Assembly: GCA_019423345.1 (NCBI GenBank)
Contig: JAHZBN010000007.1
Location: 46,911-110,910 of the forward strand
Source of the DNA: Butyricimonas sp.
Lineage (GTDB): Bacteria > Bacteroidota > Bacteroidia > Bacteroidales > Marinifilaceae
DNA length: 64,000 bases
Direction: 5' to 3'
The notes beneath the pieces are model-generated. The model searched no databases and had not been told where the DNA came from. It saw nothing but the letters and a program-made list of their open reading frames with translations. Positions 29,150 to 37,384 of the stretch are shown piece after piece. Positions within the stretch are counted from its first letter, which is position 1. Every line of letters starts with the position of its first letter. Both the position numbers and the translations under genes were made by a program.

Positions 29150-30673
29150 ATGAAGAGAATATATATAGTCATTGTTTTGACGGCAATATTTGCCGGAATC
29201 TTTGCCGGGTGTGAGGACCAGGAAGATACGTGGGATGATTATGCGGGTAATGGTCGGATTCGTTACACGGGAAAATGTACGGATGTTTCTTTGGAATTGG
29301 GATGGGAGAGTGTGGTTGTTTCTTGGAAAAATACGTTGGATCCGAATCGGGAAAATATCTTGATAGAGTGGGTTGGTGGAGAGCAGACCGGAGATTCGCT
29401 TTTGACGAAGGATATGGAAAGTTGCACGATTAAAAATTTAGGTAACGTGACATACACGTTTCGTGTGTATGCTATGGATAAAGAAGGGAGGCGTTCTTTG
29501 GGTGCCGAGGCTTATGGGCGGCCTTTTTCCATGGCACATGAAGCGTTGAATGGGTTTACCCCGGTTGTAACGAAATGTTTTCCTTTGGGAGGGGATAAAC
29601 TGGTTCTCTATTTTGATCGCTGGCAAAATACTTTAGCGGAAGCAAGTCTTCGGTATTACAAAAAATCGAATCCGAACGAACTGATTACTTTGGAATTAAC
29701 AGATACGGATAGTATCCTGAAACAAAGGTATTACGTGGTGGAGGATATTGATGTAAACAAGGATGTAGTAGTGGAACGGAAAGGTCAATTACAAGAACTT
29801 CCCGGTGTGGATATTGTTTTTACCCCCCTGCCGTTGGATGTACATCAGCGAATATTTAATAGTGATTTTGTTCGGGAGATTCAAACTCATTACTTTATTG
29901 AAGAACTGGATGAGAATTTTATTAACACGGTAGAGGTGTTAGAGTTTGATTATGATTTGTCTACATTGGAAGACTTGTTGTATTTCCCGAATTTGAAAAA
30001 AGTGATATTAGGAAAGAATCGATACTTGTATGAGGCATATAAAGATGCCGTTAAGCAGAGTGTGTTAGCGGACACGGCGGCTAGTCGATTCGCCTTAGAG
30101 GTACTCCATGAATTGCAAGGAGTGGAAGTGGAGAGATATAACAAGCATTATTTCCCGAATCCATTGTCAGTGCTGAAAGAACAAGGACATTCTAAGGTCC
30201 CTACTACATTAAATTATCTGACGGCCACGGGAATAACGGTTTCGCCTTCCGATCAAACCGGGTATAATGCTCATCCTGAATTTTTATTAGATAATAATCA
30301 AGCGACGATATGGAATCCTCAGCAGATAAATACTTTCCGACAACATGAATTGCTTATCGATTTAGGTAAAGTGGAGTCCGTGTCCGGCTTTAAAGTGGTG
30401 CAAGATGCCACGAACCCGATTAGTAGTCCATGGGACACGAAACATAATTTCCGTCCGAGCTTGCTAAAAGTGTTAGTGTCAAAAGATCTAGCATCTTGGG
30501 AAGGGGCTACTTTTGATGAGGATAATGAGATCGGGAATACGGCAGGAGAGATCACGTTACTTCGTATGAAACTGCCTAAAGAAATCAGGTATGTCAAAAT
30601 AACCGTGAGTGATCAGGCTTATTACGCGAATTTTGGTGTGATCTTGGCTGATTTTGTCGCCTTTAGTGAATGA
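29150..30673 (+). CDS. DUF4998-like surface lipoprotein with discoidin-like C-terminus (tentative), paralogue of 8719
   Basis: 507 aa. Lipobox FAGC. YAGNGRIRYTGKCTDVSLELGWESVVVSW. Confidence 0.5.
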   Translation: MKRIYIVIVLTAIFAGIFAGCEDQEDTWDDYAGNGRIRYTGKCTDVSLELGWESVVVSWKNTLDPNRENILIEWVGGEQTGDSLLTKDMESCTIKNLGNVTYTFRVYAMDKEGRRSLGAEAYGRPFSMAHEALNGFTPVVTKCFPLGGDKLVLYFDRWQNTLAEASLRYYKKSNPNELITLELTDTDSILKQRYYVVEDIDVNKDVVVERKGQLQELPGVDIVFTPLPLDVHQRIFNSDFVREIQTHYFIEELDENFINTVEVLEFDYDLSTLEDLLYFPNLKKVILGKNRYLYEAYKDAVKQSVLADTAASRFALEVLHELQGVEVERYNKHYFPNPLSVLKEQGHSKVPTTLNYLTATGITVSPSDQTGYNAHPEFLLDNNQATIWNPQQINTFRQHELLIDLGKVESVSGFKVVQDATNPISSPWDTKHNFRPSLLKVLVSKDLASWEGATFDEDNEIGNTAGEITLLRMKLPKEIRYVKITVSDQAYYANFGVILADFVAFSE

Positions 30674-30690
30674 TGATTAATGAGGTTATC

Positions 30691-31782
30691 ATGAAAAGAA
30701 TCATGTTATTTATTGCTTGCATGGCCCTTTTGGGGCTATGCAATGCTCAAAGAGGTTACCGGATTACGGGTAATTTGGGGCAACTACAGCAGGATACTTT
30801 TTATTTGGTCGTTCCCAATCTGAACGGGACTGTAAATGTGTTGGGCGTATCAATACTCAAGGAGGGGAATCTTGAGTTTGCAGGACAAGTTCCAGAACCC
30901 GTGATGGCAACGATCATGACATCTGATCGGCAGGGAATGATCCCGTTAATGTTGGAAAATACCGATTATTCTGTACAGATTGGAACAGAGTCTATTGAAG
31001 TGAAGGGTGGAGTAGAACAGGCTGTTTTTAATCAGTTTAATACCTTACAGAGGGAAGCTAAAAAGCAACAGCAAAAGTTACAATCTGATATGAAGACTGC
31101 CTATGAGGATGCAAACCAGATGCGGGTTCAGGCTCTTTCCGGACAGGCACAAAAGTTTATGCAGGATATGCAAAAACGTCAAACAGAGATCGTGAAAGAG
31201 AATGCGAATACCAGTACCGCCGCATATATCGTATTGACTTGTGGTTTACAGGCTCCTGTTGAACAGTTGCAGGAATTGTATAACTTATTGGGCGAACGAG
31301 CTAAGAATTCTGTGTATGGGAGAATTATTGCTGCCCAGTTGTCGGAACTCGGACGTGTGGCTGTTGATAAAGTGGCACCGGATTTTACGGTGAATAGTCC
31401 GGAAGGGAAACCGATTTCGTTGCATGGAATTAAAGCTAAGGCGAAGTTAGTGGACTTTTGGGCATCATGGTGCGGTCCCTGTCGGGCAGAAAATCCTAAC
31501 GTGATCCGGTTGTACAAAAAGTATCGTGATAAAGGCCTGGAAGTGTTGGGGGTATCTTTGGATGACGACAAATCTAAGTGGGTGCAGGCGATCATGGAGG
31601 ATGGGTTGCCTTGGTTGAACGGTTCCGATTTGAAAGGACAGGCATCGGAGGTGGCTCGAGTATATGGTGTACGGAGTATCCCTTTCACGTTATTATTGGA
31701 CGAGAACAATCGAATTGTAGCTAAGAATCTTCGGGGGAAAGAGTTGGCGAAAAAGATAGAGGAACTACTAAAATCTAAATAA
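30691..31782 (+). CDS. TlpA-family thiol:disulfide oxidoreductase (DUF4369-like N-terminus)
   Basis: ATG at 30691 gives the signal peptide MKRIMLFIACMALLGLCNAQ. CxxC site FWASWCGPCRAE. Paralogue of 13690. Confidence 0.85.
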   Translation: MKRIMLFIACMALLGLCNAQRGYRITGNLGQLQQDTFYLVVPNLNGTVNVLGVSILKEGNLEFAGQVPEPVMATIMTSDRQGMIPLMLENTDYSVQIGTESIEVKGGVEQAVFNQFNTLQREAKKQQQKLQSDMKTAYEDANQMRVQALSGQAQKFMQDMQKRQTEIVKENANTSTAAYIVLTCGLQAPVEQLQELYNLLGERAKNSVYGRIIAAQLSELGRVAVDKVAPDFTVNSPEGKPISLHGIKAKAKLVDFWASWCGPCRAENPNVIRLYKKYRDKGLEVLGVSLDDDKSKWVQAIMEDGLPWLNGSDLKGQASEVARVYGVRSIPFTLLLDENNRIVAKNLRGKELAKKIEELLKSK

Positions 31783-31804
31783 TTGAAAATGTAAATTTCT
31801 AGTT

Positions 31805-32299
31805 ATGAAAAGAATTATAATGCTGTTAGGTATCTGTTTTTGTATTTCCGGCGTGTATGCGCAAAAGTTTGAGGCAACCCCTCTTGATGAACAAGGGGAC
31901 GTGTACGAGGTAAAAATCAGGCAGTTTAACAAGTTGTTCGGTAAATGGTTTACCGCAGAACGGGTTGCAGAACCAACAGATGGAGATGTGGCACAACGAT
32001 CGGCATGGAGGGATTCGTGTGCGGTAAAATTGCTAACCCCGGAATTGAAAGAAATCTTAAAGGAGGCAGCAGATAAGGGTGGAGGTAGTTTCTGGATAGC
32101 CTTTTATTGCGATTCAGATGGAAAAATTCAGACGGTGACATTCACGATGTCATCATCCGTGTACGTGAATTTACCTAACAAAATACTACAAGAACTTTAT
32201 CGGCGGGCAATGGATATCGTTATGAATCCGGGCTACTATAAATTCGACGGGGAACACGATTATGCGATTGATACAATAGAATTGATGCAACGAGTGTAA
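31805..32299 (+). CDS. secreted hypothetical protein ('W' of a W-X-Y cassette)
   Basis: 164 aa. Signal peptide MKRIIMLLGICFCISGVYAQ. Core FWIAFYCDSDGKIQTVTFTM. Its 3' end (…TIELMQRV*) recurs as a relic at 33188-33217. Confidence 0.45.
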   Translation: MKRIIMLLGICFCISGVYAQKFEATPLDEQGDVYEVKIRQFNKLFGKWFTAERVAEPTDGDVAQRSAWRDSCAVKLLTPELKEILKEAADKGGGSFWIAFYCDSDGKIQTVTFTMSSSVYVNLPNKILQELYRRAMDIVMNPGYYKFDGEHDYAIDTIELMQRV

Positions 32300-32304
32300 A
32301 ATTT

Positions 32305-32445
32305 ATGGTTAAGAAAGAGCGTTTGAAAAGAATTATATGGATTCTGTTGTTGGCAGTCTTTTTTATGTAAATTTTATGAGCGGGCTATTCTCCTAATGGT
32401 ACCCCGTCTTTAATTTTTAGCTTGTGGCCGTTTGTATGGTATTAA
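32305..32445 (+). pseudogene. internally deleted copy of the HExxH lipoprotein gene (X')
   Basis: The first ~20 codons (MVKKERLKRIIWILLLAVFF, stop at 32368-70) match the start of 33224. 32386-32445 matches the last ~20 codons and stop of 33224..34021. Confidence 0.6.
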
Positions 32446-32460
32446 TTAAATAAAAGAGAT

Positions 32461-33168
32461 ATGAGGAAAATATTTTTTTTGGTGATTGTTTTGTTTGCGA
32501 TGCAGCACCTTTCAGCCCAGAAATTTGTTTTGATGAAAGATACAGAGAGGATTGAAAGCAAAGATAGTTGTGTCTATCGAGTGGAAGGGTATGACCAATT
32601 GATCTCGAAAGAGAAATTCAGACATTATATTGTGATACGTTCGCGATCTTTGGAAAGTGCGTGGTTGGACTGGTTGAGTTGGTCGGTGCTTCCTCGAGAA
32701 ATTCGTCCGTTTATCAAAAAGTGTGAACCCGGTCTAGCGCGTCCCATGTTTGGGCCTCGTCGGCTTTTTAATACTTATAGAGGTTTGATGTTAGAGTTTG
32801 TTCTTGATGGGCATGGAAATATTATAACCGTATTTTTTTATGTCAGTAAAGAAATACGTGATAAGATAACGGAAAAGCATCTGAAAAAGATGTATAATGC
32901 TATAATGAAACACAAAATGCCCTTGCCAGTAGTGGAGGAAATCTTGGCTTTAAAAAAGGAATTTTATAAATGGAATGATCTGTCACCGGATTCGACTCGC
33001 ATACGGTGTCAGGTAGATATTGGCGAACAGATAGAATTTTTTGAAGAGTTGAAAAATTTCGATTGGCAGGAGTTGAAAGAGATATACAAAGAACGTGAGA
33101 AGAAGTGGAAAGAGTATCAAGAGAAGAAGTGGAAAGCACTAAAGGAAAGGGAGGGTTGTACTAATTGA
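32461..33168 (+). CDS. secreted hypothetical protein ('Y'), Lys/Glu-rich C-terminus
   Basis: 235 aa. Signal peptide MRKIFFLVIVLFAMQHLSAQ. Core LMLEFVLDGHGNIITVFFYV. Confidence 0.5.
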   Translation: MRKIFFLVIVLFAMQHLSAQKFVLMKDTERIESKDSCVYRVEGYDQLISKEKFRHYIVIRSRSLESAWLDWLSWSVLPREIRPFIKKCEPGLARPMFGPRRLFNTYRGLMLEFVLDGHGNIITVFFYVSKEIRDKITEKHLKKMYNAIMKHKMPLPVVEEILALKKEFYKWNDLSPDSTRIRCQVDIGEQIEFFEELKNFDWQELKEIYKEREKKWKEYQEKKWKALKEREGCTN

Positions 33169-33223
33169 TTAATAGGTATTGAGTGAGTATACGATTGAAT
33201 TGATGAAACGGGTATAAAACTTT

Positions 33224-34021
33224 ATGGTTACGAAAGAGTGTTTGAAAAGGATTATATGGATTCTATTGTCAGCAGTCTTCTTGGTGGGATGTTACGATGA
33301 CGGAAATTATATAACAGAAGAAGAAACGATTGAAAGCGAGAGCCTTTTCTATTACGAGTCGGAGGAAGTTTCGTTGAGTATGGTCTTGTCATTATTTGAT
33401 ATAATAAATAGTGATCCGGGCATACCGAAGGAGAATATCGTACGTATGTGTGAGAATATTTGCAATGCAGTTAATTTCGAATTTCCCCGGTTAAGAGATG
33501 TTATTCGCGCACTTGTGAATTTGAAAAACATAAGGATGAGGATAATTTTAGCTAAAACAGGGGAAATAAAAGAAGGATATGCAGATTGGGATGACAAGGT
33601 GATTAGGATAAAAGAAAAGTGGGTTTTGGGTGATCCTTCTATAATTATTCATGAAATGATACATCAGTTACAATTCAGTTTATGTGGCGGTTCGGCTTAT
33701 ATGCGATCGGATTTTGAACGTAATATTGAATTTGAAGCATACCTTATAATGGATATAAGTATGGCTGAAGCTTGGCTAAAACAGGGGATGATTCCTGATG
33801 CGAGTAAATTACATTTCCTGTATGGAGTGGATGATACGGTTCTCGTTATGGATTATATCAATTTTTTATGTAGGGTCTATGAACGGACCATTAGTAAGGA
33901 AGAGTTTGTATCAGAATTTAATCGTTTTGCTGAGAAATTTGAGGCTTACCTGGGGGCTGAATATTCTCCTAGTGGTACCCCGTCTTTAATTTTTAGCTTG
34001 TGGCCGTTTGTATGGTATTAA
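33224..34021 (+). CDS. lipoprotein with an HExxH zincin-like motif ('X')
   Basis: 265 aa. Lipobox FLVGC. IIIHEMIHQLQF motif. No specific family recognised. Confidence 0.55.
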   Translation: MVTKECLKRIIWILLSAVFLVGCYDDGNYITEEETIESESLFYYESEEVSLSMVLSLFDIINSDPGIPKENIVRMCENICNAVNFEFPRLRDVIRALVNLKNIRMRIILAKTGEIKEGYADWDDKVIRIKEKWVLGDPSIIIHEMIHQLQFSLCGGSAYMRSDFERNIEFEAYLIMDISMAEAWLKQGMIPDASKLHFLYGVDDTVLVMDYINFLCRVYERTISKEEFVSEFNRFAEKFEAYLGAEYSPSGTPSLIFSLWPFVWY

Positions 34022-34036
34022 TTAAATAAAAGAGAT

Positions 34037-34411
34037 ATGAGGAAAATATTTTTTTTGGTGATTGTTTTGTTTGCGATGCAGCACCTTTCAGCCCAGAAAT
34101 TTGTTTTGATGAAAGATACAGAGAGGATTGAAAGCAAAGATAGTTGTGTCTATCGAGTGGAAGGGTATGACCAATTGATCTCGAAAGAGAAATTCAGACA
34201 TCATATTGTGATACGTTCGCGATCTTTGGAGAGTGCGTGGTTGGATTGGTTGAGTTGGTCGGTTCTTCCTCGAGAAATTCGTCCGTTTATCAAAAAATGT
34301 AAGCCCGGTCTAGCGCGTCCAATGTTGGGAACTCGTCAGCTTTTTGATACTTATAGAGGTTTGATGTTAGAGTTTTTTCTTGATGGGCAAAGCAGGAGGT
34401 TTGGGCTATAA
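34037..34411 (+). pseudogene. internally deleted copy of Y (Y')
   Basis: The first 55 codons are nucleotide-identical to 32461. Identity runs to about codon 117, then joins sequence resembling the last codons and 3' flank of Y (…attgattaa[c/t]aggt…). Confidence 0.55.
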
Positions 34412-34535
34412 TTGATTAACAGGTGCTGAGAGTGTGTTTGGGGATATGGTTACTATATTTAGAAAATCTAAATGCCCATGAGTGGTCAGAAATGAAAGAG
34501 AAATATAATAATAATTGTAAGGTGTTTGAAAAATA

Positions 34536-35768
34536 ATGTTAAGTGGTAAAAATATGGGAAATAGGATGTCGGTAAAGAACTTAGGTTGGAGAAGTAAAAA
34601 ATGTAATAAATCTGTATTGTCATTTTTAATAGTGGTTTTATGCCCTTTGTTACTTGAGGCTGCGTCTGCTACGAGGGATAGTGCTGTGATCTCCTCGATC
34701 TTGAATTACAGAGATTCTCATGGTGTACCTGTTGTCAGCGTGTCCATAAATGGTAGAGGATATTCTTTCCTGTTTGACACAGGGGCGGGAATGACCTGTA
34801 TTTCGGATAAGGTGGTTAGCGAGGTGGGATTGTCTCTCCGTTTGACGAGTAACTATATCGTGGGGATGGATGGGAATGTGTCTTATGCCACGATTCCTTC
34901 GCTTGTTTTCGGTAGTGTGAAAGCGGATAGTCTTGAAGCCATTGTGTTGCCCGGGAATAATCTTAGTTTGAGGACACTCGGTATTGATGGGATTATCGGG
35001 GCTAACGCACTTACGGATTTTGTTGTGACGTTTGATGCTAAGTCGGGTACAATCACGCTTTTGCGTCATGTGCTTGACGAACAGGTGGATTGGATTCCGA
35101 TGAAATTATGGGATGGACTTCCCCTGCTAACGCTTAAATTGCGTGGAAAGGAAGAGTTGTATGATGTCCCGGGAGTGTTTGATAGTGGAAGTAGTATGGG
35201 AGCTTTCGGCTTGCCTTCGGTGAAAGGTTTTGAGGAGTGGATTGCTGCCGGACTTATTGATAGCGTGGAAGAGGGGCAGGGGACCACCACGCTTATGCTT
35301 GGCGGTAGAGTGGGGATGGATAAATTATATCGAGGTAAATTGCAAGAATGTCATATCGGGAGTGGAGTTTTTTCCGGAATCCCGGTATACACGGGAGGAA
35401 TCGACTATCTGTTACTTTGTTTCAAAATCACGGATCTCGGCAAGCTAACACTGGATTATCCGAACAAACGTTTCAGTTTTACTGCTTACGAGGATGCTAC
35501 CGTTTGGGAAGGGGATCGACGTCCCGTGACCACGGCAGCGATTAACGGGGAACTCAAGATTACGGCCGTGTGGGGAAAGGAGGCCCTTGAAAAGCTTGCA
35601 CCCGGTTACACGGTGATCGCTTTTGATGGCAAACCGACAAATAAAGTACCCATCGGGATTCCCAATATTGACCTGTTTATCGGGATGATTAAGGCCAAAA
35701 CGGTGACGGTGCGAGATGCGGAGGGAAAGGAACAAGTATTACCTGCGACCTTATTTTTGACAGAATAA
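34536..35768 (+). CDS. secreted twin retropepsin-like aspartic protease with a PDZ-like C-terminus
   Basis: 410 aa. Two catalytic-type motifs, FLFDTGAGMTCIS and GVFDSGSSMGAFG. Hydrophobic N-terminal segment. Start (34536, 34554 or 34566) is ambiguous. Confidence 0.6.
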   Translation: MLSGKNMGNRMSVKNLGWRSKKCNKSVLSFLIVVLCPLLLEAASATRDSAVISSILNYRDSHGVPVVSVSINGRGYSFLFDTGAGMTCISDKVVSEVGLSLRLTSNYIVGMDGNVSYATIPSLVFGSVKADSLEAIVLPGNNLSLRTLGIDGIIGANALTDFVVTFDAKSGTITLLRHVLDEQVDWIPMKLWDGLPLLTLKLRGKEELYDVPGVFDSGSSMGAFGLPSVKGFEEWIAAGLIDSVEEGQGTTTLMLGGRVGMDKLYRGKLQECHIGSGVFSGIPVYTGGIDYLLLCFKITDLGKLTLDYPNKRFSFTAYEDATVWEGDRRPVTTAAINGELKITAVWGKEALEKLAPGYTVIAFDGKPTNKVPIGIPNIDLFIGMIKAKTVTVRDAEGKEQVLPATLFLTE

Positions 35769-35972
35769 AAAAAGGTTCATTTGCGATTTTAGAAGGTATG
35801 TTTTTTATCCCTGTATGAGGTTGATTTTCACTCGCAAATGTATGACGTTGTTGTAAAATTTGAACGAGTTGATATTGAGTTTTGTATTTACATTATTACT
35901 TAATTTCCAGAGAAGGAGGAAATAATCAGAAATTTTTGTATAAATTCGCCTAAATAATCTTTTGGTTTATAC

Positions 35973-36521
35973 ATGGAAGTCTGCCGGAATGATGACGATC
36001 TAGGTTTTTTGTTAATGCGTTTTAATCAACGTGATACTTCTGCATTTGCAACGATTTATATGGATTTTTTTACAGAACTTCATGTTTATGCTAATCGCTT
36101 ATACTGTAATACATCTGAATCGGCAGCAGATGCCGTACAAGAGGCATTTTGTTATTTGTGGGAACGGCATGATGTAATTTTTGATAGTTTGACGAAGATA
36201 AAAGCATTTTTATTTGTTGCAATAAAGAATCGGTATAAGAATCACGTGAATCATTTGGGTGTGAGGCAGAAATATAAAGATGCGATGGAACGGGAAACTT
36301 CTTTTGTAGAGGATGTTTTAGATAGTGAGCTGGCAACCTCTTTGTTAGAATATGTGGAGTATATTCCGGATCCAGAGGGGAAAGTAATGAAACTTTATTT
36401 GGCAGGGTTAGATGCAGAGGAAATAGCGGATCATATGAAATTGAGTATTCGGACTGTCTATAATGCGAAATCAAGAGCTGTCGGTATGTTGAAAAAGTTC
36501 TTTTCATTGGGGAATCGATAA
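35973..36521 (+). CDS. ECF-type sigma-70 family RNA polymerase sigma factor
   Basis: 182 aa. Region 2 (AADAVQEAFCYLWERHD…AFLFVAIKNRYKNHV) and region 4 HTH (LYLAGLDAEEIADHMKLSIRTVYNAKSRAV). Confidence 0.8.
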   Translation: MEVCRNDDDLGFLLMRFNQRDTSAFATIYMDFFTELHVYANRLYCNTSESAADAVQEAFCYLWERHDVIFDSLTKIKAFLFVAIKNRYKNHVNHLGVRQKYKDAMERETSFVEDVLDSELATSLLEYVEYIPDPEGKVMKLYLAGLDAEEIADHMKLSIRTVYNAKSRAVGMLKKFFSLGNR

Positions 36522-36531
36522 TGTTTTAAAG

Positions 36532-37314
36532 ATGAAGGTATTTTATGTTACGTTGTATTTGTTATTCGTGTTGTCTTTGACAGCGAAAGCACAGGATTCG
36601 GTAAAGGTGGCTTTGGTACAGGCACATTTGGCATGGGGTGATGTGGATGCCAATTTGCGGGATTTTGATAAGCGTGTGCGTTCGTGTAAGGGATGTGACA
36701 TGATCGTGTTCCCGGAGCTTTTCACTTCCGGGTGTGAAATGAAGAAGCGAGATAAAGAGGAAGCGGTATGTTCAAAAGATGGGGTGGCTTCTTATTATCC
36801 GTTAGTGATCAAACGGATGAGGAAATGGGCGAAACGTTCGGGGGCGTTGGTTGTCGGTTCTACGATTTATAAAGAGGAGGGGAAATATTATAACCGGTTA
36901 TTGGCTGTTTATCCGGATGGGAAATACGAGTATTACGATAAACACAATTGTTTTAAAAAAGGTAGCTTCTCTCCCGGAGACCGTCATCTGGCGTTGGAAT
37001 GGAAAGGGATACGCTTCTCGACTTATATTTGTTATGACTTGCGCTTCCCGGAGTGGAGTCGGAATCATGGAGAGTATGATGTTGCAATTTATATTGCAAA
37101 TTGGCCGGAATCCCGACGAGACGACTGGAATCGACTTTTGCGGGAACGAGCTATCGAGAATGAGGCGTATGTCATTGCCGTTAACTGTGCTGGAGCGGAT
37201 TTAACGGGACTTATGTATCGAGGGGAGAGTTGCGTGATCGCTCCGGACGGGGAGGTAAGGGTGAAGTGCAGAGATTATAGGGATGACATCGTGGTTTATG
37301 AGGTTATGAAGTAG
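36532..37314 (+). CDS. carbon-nitrogen hydrolase (nitrilase superfamily, YafV/omega-amidase-like)
   Basis: 260 aa. Glu-Lys-Cys triad context (MIVFPELF, YDKHN, STYICYDLRFPEW). Unusual hydrophobic N-terminus MKVFYVTLYLLFVLSLTAKAQ. Confidence 0.8.
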   Translation: MKVFYVTLYLLFVLSLTAKAQDSVKVALVQAHLAWGDVDANLRDFDKRVRSCKGCDMIVFPELFTSGCEMKKRDKEEAVCSKDGVASYYPLVIKRMRKWAKRSGALVVGSTIYKEEGKYYNRLLAVYPDGKYEYYDKHNCFKKGSFSPGDRHLALEWKGIRFSTYICYDLRFPEWSRNHGEYDVAIYIANWPESRRDDWNRLLRERAIENEAYVIAVNCAGADLTGLMYRGESCVIAPDGEVRVKCRDYRDDIVVYEVMK

Positions 37315-37330
37315 CTTTAGAGATAAAATA

Positions 37331-37369
37331 TTATAAATAAAGCGTCCTTTCGGGACGCTTTATTTATAA
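37331..37369. terminator. bidirectional rho-independent terminator between convergent genes
   Basis: Perfect 17-bp stem ttataaataaagcgtcc / tttcg / ggacgctttatttataa, with A/T runs on both sides. Confidence 0.8.
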
Positions 37370-37384
37370 TATTTATGAACTAAC

